From: Deltaproteobacteria bacterium
Lineage (GTDB): Bacteria > Bdellovibrionota_C > UBA2361 > JAGFJO01
Assembly: GCA_024102635.1 (NCBI GenBank)
Contig: JAGFJO010000006.1
Location: forward strand, 45,909 to 109,908
DNA: 64,000 nt
Direction: 5' to 3'
Position numbers and translations under genes: made by a program. Numbering within the stretch: position 1 is the first letter of the stretch; each line of letters opens with the position of its first letter. This document shows, one piece after another, positions 30,890 to 41,256 of this stretch. The notes beneath the pieces are model-generated. The model saw nothing but the letters and a program-made list of their open reading frames with translations, did no database searches and was not told the origin of the DNA.

Positions 30890-31258
30890 ATGCAATCATC
30901 AGCAAAACCTTACTATAACGCCAATGGTGGTTTCACGATAATAGAGCTGCTGGTTGTAATAGCAATCATAGGCGTTATCGCCGCAATCGCTTTTCCCGCC
31001 CATCTTCGCTACCGGGCCACAGCACTCGACAAACAAGCGCAACAGGCCCTACGAACCGTCGTTATCGCAGAAGAAGCCTATTTCATTGAGCACTCAACCT
31101 ATGTTTCATGTGATGAGACTACATGTGCGGCATTGCTTCCAAGTGTTGGCCAGATAGTGCCGAACGTCACGCTCACGTTTACCTCCACCGGGACAGCTTG
31201 TAGCGGGATCGCATCACACCGAAGCGGAACCGGCGCGATCTTTGAATGGTCGAGTTAA
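30890..31258 (+). CDS. type IV pilin / pseudopilin (prepilin-type N-terminal cleavage/methylation domain)
   Basis: GFTIIELLVVIAIIGVIAAIAFP class III signal motif. Confidence 0.75.
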   Translation: MQSSAKPYYNANGGFTIIELLVVIAIIGVIAAIAFPAHLRYRATALDKQAQQALRTVVIAEEAYFIEHSTYVSCDETTCAALLPSVGQIVPNVTLTFTSTGTACSGIASHRSGTGAIFEWSS

Positions 31259-31361
31259 ATTGAACGCCGATTGCACATTCGGACAGACTCCCATCTCAAA
31301 TTTGACTTTTAGTCATCCCCCTCATACCATCCACTGCTGCGCTTCGTGAAGTAAATCTAAA

Positions 31362-31991
31362 ATGCAGATTCCGCAAACCATCAGCGACAACCTGCCGCTG
31401 CTAATTCTTGTGCCGACCATCGCGGCGCTGATCGGTTGGGTAACCAACTTTCTGGCCGTAAAGATGATCTTTCGTCCGCGGCGCCCATTCCGTATTTTTG
31501 GGCTTAGAATTCATGGATTGATTCCGCGGCGGCAAAAGGAGCTGGCAATCAGCATCGGGGAAACCGTTCAACGCGACCTTATCTCGCATAAAGATGTACA
31601 AAAGGTTCTTAGCAGTTCAGACGTTGAGGCTCGGATACGCAAACTGGCAGGAGAGCAGATCGATCTTTTCATCTCTCGCATTATTTCCGAAAACCCGATG
31701 GTGGCTATGTTCATCCAAGGTTCGCTTGCGGCAACCATCAAGGAAAGGCTGGTAGACCAAATGTCAGCCATCGCTCCTACATTTCTTGATCAGGTAATGC
31801 AACAGGTAGAAGACAATCTCGACTTTAAGCACATTGTGCAGGAGAAGATCGAGGGTTTCGACCTCTCCAAACTGGAGGAGATAATTTACCGCATTTCGAG
31901 CAAGGAGCTCAAAATGATTGAGGTCCTTGGAGGAGTACTAGGGTTCATCGTGGGACTTGCTCAGGTAGCTTTGATGCTGGTTATGCAGTAG
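31362..31991 (+). CDS. DUF445 family membrane protein
   Basis: N-terminal GWVTNFLAVKMIFRPRRPFRIFGLRIHGLIPRRQKELA, typical of DUF445. There is a C-terminal TM. Confidence 0.6.
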   Translation: MQIPQTISDNLPLLILVPTIAALIGWVTNFLAVKMIFRPRRPFRIFGLRIHGLIPRRQKELAISIGETVQRDLISHKDVQKVLSSSDVEARIRKLAGEQIDLFISRIISENPMVAMFIQGSLAATIKERLVDQMSAIAPTFLDQVMQQVEDNLDFKHIVQEKIEGFDLSKLEEIIYRISSKELKMIEVLGGVLGFIVGLAQVALMLVMQ

Positions 31992-32121
31992 GGCGCCATT
32001 GGACGGCGGGTCCGCTGCGTGGGCTTCTTAATCTCCACCGCCCAATGACGATATCAAAGTCTTATCGAGAGCGCTCCCCATTGGACTGCCTTTGTGCTAG
32101 TGTTGCAACGTCCGAGGCCAA

Positions 32122-32910
32122 ATGTTGCAGCATCTCTGGAAACATAGAGAATTAACCTATCAGCTAACGAAGCGCGAAGTATTGCATCGATATCGCGGCT
32201 CGCTTCTCGGCGTCTTTTGGTCCTTCATTACCCCGCTTTTCATGCTGCTTGTATACACCTTCGTATTTGGAGTTATCTTCCGCTCCCGCTGGGGAGCCGG
32301 CACTACAAGCCAAACAGATTTTGCTTTGATACTCTTTTGCGGTCTCAGTATCTTCAGTATCTTTTCCGACATAATCGGAAGAGCTCCGGCAATTATCCTT
32401 AGCAATCCCAATTATGTGAAGAAGGTGGTTTTTCCGGTTGAGATTCTTCCCGTCACCATACTCGGCTCCAGCCTGATCCACGGAGCAATTAGCATATTAA
32501 TTCTGCTGGGAGCCGTGCTGATTATTCACGGTTCTCTGCCGCTCACGGTGCTCTTTCTTCCGATCGTCATCTTGCCGCTGCTACTGGTGTCAATCGGCCT
32601 GGCATGGTTTCTTGCCTCGTTGGGAGTTTATTTGCGGGATATAAATCAGATCGTACCTGTACTCGTTTCGGCCCTGATGTTTTTGAGCCCGATATTCTAT
32701 CCGGTATCGGTGATCCCCGAGAACCTACAGTTTCTATATTTCATAAATCCTGTGAGCTACGTGGTTGAAGACGCCAGGCAAGTGGTGATTTGGGGTAACG
32801 CCCCCAACTGGCTCTGGTGCATGATCGGAACGGGACTCGGCGCGGCAATTGCGGGGCTGGGATACGCCTGGTTCCAGAAGACTAAGAAGGGGTTTGCCGA
32901 TGTCATCTAA
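32122..32910 (+). CDS. wzm: polysaccharide ABC exporter permease (ABC-2, Wzm/KpsM type)
   Basis: Six TM segments. The first loop resembles the Wzm/TagG/KpsM families. Confidence 0.8.
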   Translation: MLQHLWKHRELTYQLTKREVLHRYRGSLLGVFWSFITPLFMLLVYTFVFGVIFRSRWGAGTTSQTDFALILFCGLSIFSIFSDIIGRAPAIILSNPNYVKKVVFPVEILPVTILGSSLIHGAISILILLGAVLIIHGSLPLTVLFLPIVILPLLLVSIGLAWFLASLGVYLRDINQIVPVLVSALMFLSPIFYPVSVIPENLQFLYFINPVSYVVEDARQVVIWGNAPNWLWCMIGTGLGAAIAGLGYAWFQKTKKGFADVI

Positions 32911-34270
32911 TTCGGCGCTGTCACTGAATTCCATCAGCAAGTGTTACCGCTTATTTGCAAAGCCTCAGGACAGGCTTAAGCAGATGATATTCCGCGGACG
33001 CCGCACTTACTTCCGGGAATTTTGGGCGCTAAAGGATGTGTCTTTTGAGGTTGCACCCGGCGAATGCATTGGAATAGTAGGAAGAAACGGCGCCGGAAAG
33101 TCAACCTTACTGCAGATTATTACCGGCGTAATTCCGCCGACAAGCGGGTCAGTACGCGTAGCAGGCAAAGTGGCTGCCCTTCTTGAACTAGGCACCGGAT
33201 TCAATCCTGAATTCACCGGCCGCGAGAATGTGTTTCTAAATGGGTCTATACTCGGCTTCACTCAGGAGCAAGTCCGCGAGAAATACGACGACATAGCAAG
33301 CTTTGCTGATATAGGAGCATTCATCGATCAGCCTGTCAAAACCTATTCAAGCGGTATGATGGTGCGGCTCGCTTTTGCGGTCGCAGCTCACGTAGATCCG
33401 GATATCCTTATTATCGACGAAGCTCTATCGGTCGGAGACGCTAAGTTTCAGGCTAAGTGTTTCAGGAAGTTTCAAGAGTTTAGGGACAATAGGAAAACAA
33501 TTCTTTTTGTTACGCATGCTGTTGAACAGGTTATACGCCATTGTGACAGGGCGCTGTTAATAGAAGACGGCTCACTAATAACGCAGGGAGAGCCGAAACA
33601 GGTAGCTAATACCTACTTGAGCTTGCTCTTCGACACCAAGCCCATAGATAAGCAAGAGAGCCAGGTTGATGCAAAGCCTCAAGGGAGCGAGGTTAACGGC
33701 CTACGTGCCGGCTCCAACGGAAGCGCTTCTGCATCTCAGCTTGATTTGTTTCTCTCAGGAGCGGCTGGAGACGATAGCTTTCCAAGTCGCCCAGGATACA
33801 ACCGAGCGGAGTATCGCTGGGGGTCACGGGAGGCGGAACTTGTAGACTATATGCTGTGCAACGACAAACAGTGGCACATAAACCATTTCTCTTCCGAAGA
33901 CAGGATCACATTGTACCTAAAGGTGCGCTTCAACCGTAATGTGGCCAAACCGATATACGGCCTTACACTGAAAACACCTGATGGAGTTACGATCTACGGC
34001 TCTAACTCCCGGGATTCGGCGGGAGACCGAATTTTCAGGCACCAGAGCAGCGGGGCGGTGGCTGTAGTGAGCTTTTCCCTGCGAGCCGGCTTGACTTCAG
34101 GTCATTACTTTATATCGCTCGGTGTCGCAGAAGAGGTTAATGACGAGGCCCTGCCGCTCGACAGGCGCTATGACGTTCTGGAGATATACATCACTAATCC
34201 CCACAAAGTTTATGGAATTGCTGATTTAGGCCTGAAGTTTTGCGAAATTGAGAGCCTGTCCCCCGAATAA
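32900..34270 (+). CDS. wzt: polysaccharide ABC exporter ATP-binding protein with C-terminal glycan-terminus-binding-like domain (Wzt)
   Basis: Walker A GRNGAGKST, signature YSSGMMVRLAFA, Walker B LIIDEALSVGD. After a Ser/Gly linker there is a beta-rich C-terminal domain of about 150 aa. Start taken at MSSNSALS, overlapping the wzm stop. Confidence 0.8.
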   Translation: MSSNSALSLNSISKCYRLFAKPQDRLKQMIFRGRRTYFREFWALKDVSFEVAPGECIGIVGRNGAGKSTLLQIITGVIPPTSGSVRVAGKVAALLELGTGFNPEFTGRENVFLNGSILGFTQEQVREKYDDIASFADIGAFIDQPVKTYSSGMMVRLAFAVAAHVDPDILIIDEALSVGDAKFQAKCFRKFQEFRDNRKTILFVTHAVEQVIRHCDRALLIEDGSLITQGEPKQVANTYLSLLFDTKPIDKQESQVDAKPQGSEVNGLRAGSNGSASASQLDLFLSGAAGDDSFPSRPGYNRAEYRWGSREAELVDYMLCNDKQWHINHFSSEDRITLYLKVRFNRNVAKPIYGLTLKTPDGVTIYGSNSRDSAGDRIFRHQSSGAVAVVSFSLRAGLTSGHYFISLGVAEEVNDEALPLDRRYDVLEIYITNPHKVYGIADLGLKFCEIESLSPE

Positions 34271-34379
34271 TCAGCGAGATCAGTGAGGTGGTTAAGAAAA
34301 TATCTCACCGTTCTTGCTGAATTCTTTGTTTAGTCCTTAAAGTATTTATTGCCGGCCTAAAACCCGCTATTTTCTTAGT

Positions 34380-35438
34380 GTGACGAGCATAGAGATAAGC
34401 AACCTATCAAAAAGCTTCGGCTCCGCACGGGTGCTCGCCAATGTCTCAATAAAGATCGCCAGTGGAGAGTTTTGCTGCCTTGTTGGACCGTCCGGTTGCG
34501 GCAAGACGACTTTACTGCGGCTGGTTGCCGGATTCATCACGGGCGAAAGCGGCGATATTCTTTTCGACGGCAAGTCGGTGAAGGACCTGCCGGTGGCCGA
34601 TCGAGAGATCGGCTTTGTATTCCAAAACTATGCGTTATGGCCGCACATGACCGCTTATCAGAACGTGCTCTTCGGCCTGGAAGCTCGCAAGGTTTTGAAA
34701 AACGAACGAGCACCACGGGCTCACGCTGCTCTAACCTCCGTGCAGATGGATTTATTCAGAAACCGGTACCCGCATGAGCTTTCGGGCGGGCAGCAGCAGC
34801 GAGTAGCTATCGCAAGAGCACTAGCGCTCAAGCCGAAGCTGCTGCTGTTGGATGAACCTTTATCCAATTTGGACACTAAGCTTAGGGAGGAACTTAGAGG
34901 CGTTATCTCTGATTTGCAGCGTGAGCATTCGATTACCACCATTTATGTAACTCACGATCAACATGATGCTTTGGTTTTGGCGGACAAACTGGCGGTGCTG
35001 AGTGAGGGGCGGATAATTCAAAGCGGTACTCCTGAAAGCGTTTATGAAAGCCCTCTCAGCGCTGCAGTTGCCGGATTCATAGGCAGCGCCAATTTTATCC
35101 AGGGCGAGATAGTTTCCATTACGCCGCTCAAGGTTCGCTGCGCCTTCGGTGTGCTCGATGTTGCCAGCTCAATTAGCGATGCAAAGATTGGACACGAAGT
35201 AAAGCTGGCTATCAGACCGTCTTACGTTTCGCTTACTCCCACCGGCGAATGCAGTAATCGTCTCGAGGGTATCGTAATGGAAAATCGCTACTTCGGGCCC
35301 ACCAGAAGAATCGTACTTGAAAGCCAGGCCGGCGCTCTTGTGGCTGAATGTCCTGCCGAACAGGCCGCGCATATACAAACTGGGCAAAAGATATCGATTG
35401 CCCTTCCGCCCCACCGCCTAGTGGCTTTAGCGGCATGA
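34380..35438 (+). CDS. ABC importer ATP-binding protein with C-terminal TOBE domain (Fe3+/thiamine/polyamine type)
   Basis: GTG start. Walker A GPSGCGKTT, signature LSGGQQQRVAIARAL, Walker B LLLDEPLSNLD. Confidence 0.85.
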   Translation: MTSIEISNLSKSFGSARVLANVSIKIASGEFCCLVGPSGCGKTTLLRLVAGFITGESGDILFDGKSVKDLPVADREIGFVFQNYALWPHMTAYQNVLFGLEARKVLKNERAPRAHAALTSVQMDLFRNRYPHELSGGQQQRVAIARALALKPKLLLLDEPLSNLDTKLREELRGVISDLQREHSITTIYVTHDQHDALVLADKLAVLSEGRIIQSGTPESVYESPLSAAVAGFIGSANFIQGEIVSITPLKVRCAFGVLDVASSISDAKIGHEVKLAIRPSYVSLTPTGECSNRLEGIVMENRYFGPTRRIVLESQAGALVAECPAEQAAHIQTGQKISIALPPHRLVALAA

Positions 35439-37096
35439 AAATTTCGCATGCCCTGATAATCCTTGTTTGCGCCGCGTTTCTGGCAGCCTTCCTGTTCTAT
35501 CCGCTTATCTACTCTCTTCGGGCAGCCTTTATATCGGGAGGAGATATATCCTTTGAGCCCTTCGGATTGCTGCTGCAAGATCCGGAGTTCTATCATCTGC
35601 TTTTCAATTCGATAAACCTTGCATTTCTCTCTACCTTCTTGGCGTGCTTGCTGGCACTCCCGCTGGCAGTCGTAATGGAGCGCGTCTCCCTTCCGAGAAA
35701 AAAGATATTTCATATCATTTTATTGTTTCCCTTAATTCTTCCGCCGTTTGTCGGAGCAATCGGCATTCGCAAACTGTTTGCTCGATTTGGGCCGATTAAT
35801 CTCTCCCTCATGCACTCCGACATCATAAGCGAGCCGATTAATTGGCTAACAGAGTCCGGGCTATCGGGAATAGCAATCGTCGAGGCGCTACATTTGTACC
35901 CAATTGTGTACTTGAACTTGCGCGCGTCATTACGGGCGGCCGATCCCGCCCTCGATGAAGCGGCCATAAGTGTAGGAGCCGGCAAGCTGCGCCGCTTCTT
36001 CAGAATCACGGTACCTATGCTTGCACCCGGTTTTTTCTCGGGAGCGGTGCTTGCTTGGATTTGGGCCTTTACCGATCTCGGCACTCCTCTTGTTTTCGAC
36101 TATCAACAGCTACTCCCAGCGAGGCTCTTTCAGATCGCTGACGAGATACACTCCAACCCGCTTGGATTCTGTATTGTCATTATGATGCTTTTGGTAATTG
36201 CTGCCATGCTGCTCCTGTCAAAGGCGGCAGTTGGGATCGAACTCTACCGGCCTTTAGCAAATTCAGGGCGACCGGCACAGCAAGCTTCGCTATCACCACT
36301 GTTACAAGGAGTGGTCATTTTGCTGCTCTCGGCCGCATCGCTCATTGTCATTCTACCGCACGCGGCGGTAATACTTACATCTTTAGCCGATAAGTGGTTC
36401 ATTACAGTAATTCCTGAGGAGCTTGGGCTCGAAGCATATGTCAGTGTGGTGTCTCATCCCTTAACGGCTAGCAGCATTAGAAATAGTCTTTTCCTTAGTA
36501 GCGCAAGCGCCGTTCTCGACTTCATTCTTGGAATATGTCTCGCCTGGCTCATAACCAGAAGAAGGCGTAAATGGACAGGGTGGCTCGACGCCGCAGCGAT
36601 GGCCCCACTGGCAGTACCCGGTATAATTATTTCTTTTGGATACCTGGGCGGCTTCTCTAATACCTCTCTCGATCCGCGCCTTTCTCCCTTCCCGCTTCTA
36701 ATTATCGGATATGCGGTGCGGCGCCTGCCATTCATGGTTCGTTCGGCGGCGGCAGGCTTTCAGCAGGCCTCCCCTCAGCTCGAGGAAGCCGCCTATAGCG
36801 TTGGCGCTTCTGCCGTTATGACGGCAAGACGCGTAACGTTTCCTATCATGAAGGCACATCTTCTGACCGGAGCGATTCTTTGCTTTTGTTTTGCGATGCT
36901 GGAAGTGAGTGAGAGCTTGATACTTGCGGTCCAAGAGCATCACTATCCGATGACGAAAGCCATGTACTCGCTCCTCTCCCGGCCCGACGGCGAGAGCACT
37001 GCCAGCGCGCTTGGAGTGATAGGCATGCTCGTGTTAGCGGCCGGAATGCTTGCTGCGGCAAGGCTAACTGCCAAGAAGGAAAAGATGGAGCCATGA
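35435..37096 (+). CDS. ABC importer permease, duplicated (two MetI-like domains; FbpB/ThiP type)
   Basis: About 12 TM segments with two EAA-like loops. Start chosen at MKISHALI, whose ATG overlaps the ATPase TGA. Confidence 0.8.
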   Translation: MKISHALIILVCAAFLAAFLFYPLIYSLRAAFISGGDISFEPFGLLLQDPEFYHLLFNSINLAFLSTFLACLLALPLAVVMERVSLPRKKIFHIILLFPLILPPFVGAIGIRKLFARFGPINLSLMHSDIISEPINWLTESGLSGIAIVEALHLYPIVYLNLRASLRAADPALDEAAISVGAGKLRRFFRITVPMLAPGFFSGAVLAWIWAFTDLGTPLVFDYQQLLPARLFQIADEIHSNPLGFCIVIMMLLVIAAMLLLSKAAVGIELYRPLANSGRPAQQASLSPLLQGVVILLLSAASLIVILPHAAVILTSLADKWFITVIPEELGLEAYVSVVSHPLTASSIRNSLFLSSASAVLDFILGICLAWLITRRRRKWTGWLDAAAMAPLAVPGIIISFGYLGGFSNTSLDPRLSPFPLLIIGYAVRRLPFMVRSAAAGFQQASPQLEEAAYSVGASAVMTARRVTFPIMKAHLLTGAILCFCFAMLEVSESLILAVQEHHYPMTKAMYSLLSRPDGESTASALGVIGMLVLAAGMLAAARLTAKKEKMEP

Positions 37097-38436
37097 AGAG
37101 CTTTATATTGCTTTTGTGTATCTTGGTGTTTGGTCTCCAGCCTAGCCATGCCGAAGACAAGTTGATAATCGTCTCACCCCACTGGGAAGGAATCCGTTAC
37201 GAAATGGGGAGGGCTTTCAATGAGCACCGCCGAAAGATCGGAGCACCGTCCGTAAAGATTAGCTGGCTGGACGTTGGTGGTACTTCAGAGATACTGCGAT
37301 ATCTCCAATCGGAGTACATGCAGACGCCGGAGGGCGTGCAGATTGATATGCTTTTCGGCGGAGGAATCGAACCGTTCTTGCAGCTCAAAGCCAGCGGCTT
37401 ACTGGAGAGACCTGGGCTGCATGGTGAGGAGTTGGCGGGAGTAGCGCACATGCTGGGAGGAGTTCCTCTTCATGACCCTGATGGTTACTACTATGCTCCG
37501 GTGATATCGGCATTCGGCTTGCTCTGCAATCTCGAGGTACTGAGGACAATCGGCGTTTCGATCCCTGCGAAATGGAGCGATCTGACGGGTGCCGAATACC
37601 GCGGCTGGCTCAGTTCCGCCGACCCGCGTAAGAGCGGTAGTACTCATATGTTCTATGAGATATTGCTGCAAGCTTACGGCTGGGAGCAGGGATGGAAAAT
37701 GATTTTTAATATTGCCGGCAACATCAACTCGTTTTCCTCTCATTCGTCTCAGGTTACGCAGGATGTTATTGGCGGAGAAACAGCATGTGGTTTCGCCATA
37801 GACTCGCAAGCCTGGGCGCAGATCGAACGTTTCGGCTCGGACAAACTTGCTTTCATAGTACCTTCTGATGCCAGTTTCGCTAACGGAGATAGCGCCGCCA
37901 TACTGAAGGGAGCACCGAACTATCAGCTGGCAAGCGATTTTCTCTCGTTCCTCCTTTCCGAAGCGGCTCAAAAGGTCTGGATGTATCGGCCCACATCACC
38001 GGGAGGACCGTCGAAGTATGAACTGGCAAGACTGGGGGTAAGGCCCTCTCTGTACTCTGATCTGCAGCAACAGTCATCCATTTTACTTAACCCATTTTCG
38101 TGGGATAGTAGCCTGCCTTATGATCACAAACTTGGCGCCGCCCGCTGGGGGCTTCTTAACGAGCTGTTAGGGACCTTTGTGCTGACCGCCAAGCACTACA
38201 ATCTAGCTTACTCGGGAAAGTTGCCGGTAAATGAAGAGCAGGCAATGAGTCTCATAAGCTCCGGAGATTGGCACGATCAGGGCCTGCGCCGCAATATCGT
38301 CGCCGGTTGGCGATCCGGCATTTTTAGAGAGATTGATGAAGGTTCGTTGTTTTGGCTCAATGCCGCTCCAACAATAACATTCATTCTATTATGTGTTCTT
38401 GCCATAGTGGTTAGGGCTCGCCGTTTTGGCCGTTAG
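37093..38436 (+). CDS. ABC substrate-binding protein (family 1, Fe3+-type) with an unusual C-terminal TM segment
   Basis: Signal peptide, then a periplasmic binding fold. The last about 30 aa are hydrophobic (AAPTITFILLCVLAIVV) followed by RARRFGR. Confidence 0.65.
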   Translation: MKSFILLLCILVFGLQPSHAEDKLIIVSPHWEGIRYEMGRAFNEHRRKIGAPSVKISWLDVGGTSEILRYLQSEYMQTPEGVQIDMLFGGGIEPFLQLKASGLLERPGLHGEELAGVAHMLGGVPLHDPDGYYYAPVISAFGLLCNLEVLRTIGVSIPAKWSDLTGAEYRGWLSSADPRKSGSTHMFYEILLQAYGWEQGWKMIFNIAGNINSFSSHSSQVTQDVIGGETACGFAIDSQAWAQIERFGSDKLAFIVPSDASFANGDSAAILKGAPNYQLASDFLSFLLSEAAQKVWMYRPTSPGGPSKYELARLGVRPSLYSDLQQQSSILLNPFSWDSSLPYDHKLGAARWGLLNELLGTFVLTAKHYNLAYSGKLPVNEEQAMSLISSGDWHDQGLRRNIVAGWRSGIFREIDEGSLFWLNAAPTITFILLCVLAIVVRARRFGR

Positions 38437-38449
38437 CTTCACAAAAAAA

Positions 38450-41101
38450 TCATATCCCGATCTCTCCACCGCTTGCACGCTTCAAGTAACCCTTTGCCAA
38501 GATAAAGCATAATACAGCCAGTGTTATTAGTGACACGGTCTTGGTGACGTAAAGAAACGAGGGCTGGAATGCCAGCAGCACTGTGCTTTCACCTTCGATT
38601 AAAGGCACTCCCAAAAATGCATAATTAAAGATGTAGGTAGGAACTGGTTCGCCGTTGACGTAAGCCCTCCATGCTGGATCATAGGGCTGCAACAGCACAA
38701 GATACGAGCTTCTTTCAGTGTGCACGGATATCTCATAGACGCCCTCGCCGGCACGGCGAAGATCCAGCTTCAAACTGTCTCCTTTTGAAGGTCCTTCGGG
38801 TAAAAGCGCGCGTTGATCCTCGATTAGCACCGCCTCCTCAAAGTCCATGTTCTCAAGGCGTTTGATTGCATTTGAAGGGTGCGGTTCATACACCGACGAT
38901 GCGGCAAGAAATGCCGGCCGAAACTGGAGCGATCGTTTAAGCACAGACACGCCTCCCGATAACACGACTTTCCACTCTTTTCCGGCTATCAACTCAGCGA
39001 CCGAGCGGGGGGCGACAATATGAGTCACTCTTAGAAGATCTAATAGAGGTGAATTATATTCAAAACTAGCCGATGAAAAGCTATTACCAGAAGACTTAAG
39101 CCGAGCATCGAGTGCCTCGACAATCTCCCGCAATCTGGCGGGAAGCGGATTCGCAGGATCAATAGTGGATATGCCGTACGCTTTTGCAGCGTGAACTGGA
39201 AACACGCCGTCCAAACTGACGAGCCTAGAACGGCCCTGCCCGTCACTCTTGAGAGCCGAGATCAGTTCGGTCTGGGGGAAATTGAGTGCATTCGGCAGGT
39301 AAGGAATCAAGGGGCTGTTTACGACTAGGAGATCCAGAAACGAAGCAAGGACTATCATCTTACCGGAAATACCTCCCCCTTCCCTGGCAAAGGAAAAAAA
39401 CCCGATCAATAGAAGAGATGCTAGGATAAGCGCCACTTGTACCATGAAACGAAATCCCGACTGCGGGTGATCGCTATCCATTTGAAGAGCCGTGGGATCA
39501 ACAAAAAAAGCAGTGGACGGCAAGACCGCCAGCAATAAGATTAAAATCGGAAACAAGATTTGGCGCTTTTCGGCACTCCCATTTAGCACTGCATCAAGGC
39601 CAGCACCCGATCCTATCGCCAACAAAAAGGTAAGGAGTCCAGCGATGAGCTGAGAATCCCCCAATCCGAGAATTGAGATGACACGCGAGTTTCTCGCTCC
39701 ACCAACATCAAACGCAAGCATGCAAATGATTGAGAACGCAGCCAAGAAAGAGATAGAAAGCCGCCGAGGCCGAGATAGAAGCGCTGATAAGAAAAGTACG
39801 AGGGGAATAATTCCAATGTATATGGTATTGACCTGCGGTCCGCCGTCCAGCTGAGGGAACACCGGCATGGCCGGAGAGAAGTTGAGCTGTAGAGACTCCC
39901 CGGTAAAAGCAGCAATGTTCGCTCCCGCATGCACCGCCGGCCCTAGGGAAGGAACGATCGCTGCCGCCAGCAGCAACAAGGCCCCACACAGGCCGGCAAA
40001 CAAATAGCCTGCATGCCTAATACGCGCCGCCCAAAGCTTCTGCGCCGCCTGCAGCCGCCACAAAGCAAATACTGCCGAACACAGCAGCATGCCCCACCCG
40101 AAGCGGGGCACACAAAGTGAGAGATAAACCGCCAGGGTGAGCAGCGGAACTAAATAGACCGTGCCCCGCTTGGTGCACCGCTCAATCAAGAAAAGAAGCA
40201 TCGGCAGGAAGCAGATCCCTGTGAGCGCAAGGTTAAACAAAGTAGCGCATGAAAATGCAAAGGCTGTTGCCGCCAGAAGCGATGCCACATGCGAAGCTCG
40301 CCAGGCGCGGGCGAGTAGATAGGTGAAAACCGCCGCCATTAGCGCCTTTGCAAAAAATGCCGCCGTCAAGCCCCAACCCGGGCCGAGCAAGACCGCCAGC
40401 CATGCATCCGGTGAAAAGGAGTGCCTCATTAGCTGGTCCGGGTATCCCGATAAGAAGAGCGCAGTATCAGCAAGAGTAAATACCCCGGCCTCGGTAACTT
40501 CGTTGAAGAAATGATAGTAGCTCGACCAAAGCTGCGACAACTCATCGGTCACTAGGGGACCGGCAACCGCTTGATGCACACCCTGTGCCGCGAATGCCGG
40601 GAACCTATAAATATATGAAAGAGGACTTATGGTTTGCCCTTGAAATACCGGATGAAAGAATAGCGCCGCAAAAAGAAAAATCGCCCAAAACGCCCATGGT
40701 GAAGGTCTAACAGGCAGCACATGGCGCCATAGCTGCATTTCGAAAATGCAGGCCGCTATAGTAAAAAAGGCAACTAGCCAAGCGCATCCTTCCAACAGCG
40801 ACTCGAATGGGATCAACAACGCCGCTATAAATGCTGCGCTCAGGAAACGGCGCTCATAAAAAACCTCAAGAAAAGAAGCGACGCCGCGGCGGGGCGAGAC
40901 AACATGCAGCAGTCCGAAGGCATAAAGGGCGGCTGTTCCGATTGGAATTAAGCATAGCACCATCAACAAAAGCAATCGCTGGATCAGATCGGGAGTTCCA
41001 ATAACCGGTGCCGGCAGCAAAACAGATATGGCTCTAATGGCCCAAGGAAGCCCGCACAAGAAATAGAGCAGAGAGGCGGACGGAGAAGATCTTTTGTCCA
41101 T
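38450..41101 (-). CDS. large polytopic membrane protein, YfhO-like / GT-C fold glycosyltransferase candidate
   Basis: 883 aa. At least 13 TM helices span the first ~560 residues, followed by a ~300-aa soluble C-terminal domain. Architecture is that of the YfhO family. Assignment is by topology only. Confidence 0.5.
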   Translation of the reverse strand: MDKRSSPSASLLYFLCGLPWAIRAISVLLPAPVIGTPDLIQRLLLLMVLCLIPIGTAALYAFGLLHVVSPRRGVASFLEVFYERRFLSAAFIAALLIPFESLLEGCAWLVAFFTIAACIFEMQLWRHVLPVRPSPWAFWAIFLFAALFFHPVFQGQTISPLSYIYRFPAFAAQGVHQAVAGPLVTDELSQLWSSYYHFFNEVTEAGVFTLADTALFLSGYPDQLMRHSFSPDAWLAVLLGPGWGLTAAFFAKALMAAVFTYLLARAWRASHVASLLAATAFAFSCATLFNLALTGICFLPMLLFLIERCTKRGTVYLVPLLTLAVYLSLCVPRFGWGMLLCSAVFALWRLQAAQKLWAARIRHAGYLFAGLCGALLLLAAAIVPSLGPAVHAGANIAAFTGESLQLNFSPAMPVFPQLDGGPQVNTIYIGIIPLVLFLSALLSRPRRLSISFLAAFSIICMLAFDVGGARNSRVISILGLGDSQLIAGLLTFLLAIGSGAGLDAVLNGSAEKRQILFPILILLLAVLPSTAFFVDPTALQMDSDHPQSGFRFMVQVALILASLLLIGFFSFAREGGGISGKMIVLASFLDLLVVNSPLIPYLPNALNFPQTELISALKSDGQGRSRLVSLDGVFPVHAAKAYGISTIDPANPLPARLREIVEALDARLKSSGNSFSSASFEYNSPLLDLLRVTHIVAPRSVAELIAGKEWKVVLSGGVSVLKRSLQFRPAFLAASSVYEPHPSNAIKRLENMDFEEAVLIEDQRALLPEGPSKGDSLKLDLRRAGEGVYEISVHTERSSYLVLLQPYDPAWRAYVNGEPVPTYIFNYAFLGVPLIEGESTVLLAFQPSFLYVTKTVSLITLAVLCFILAKGYLKRASGGEIGI

Positions 41102-41256
41102 GTTATTCCGTTCAATCTACCGGCGTTGAAGCGATCTATCAAGTTAGGAAACTGCCGATCTAACTCGGCAAGACCATCCATCGTGTCTCGCTCAGGGGCC
41201 GCGAGAAACACCTGTTCTTGTTTGACAAACGCCTTACCTCAGGCTACTGATTATGC

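Noticed and set aside
35348-35434. Upstream extension of the ABC permease ORF (track start 35348)
   Set aside because: The extension overlaps the ATPase gene by 90 nt in another frame. The ATGA-coupled start at 35435 (MKISHALI...) gives a canonical permease N-terminus.
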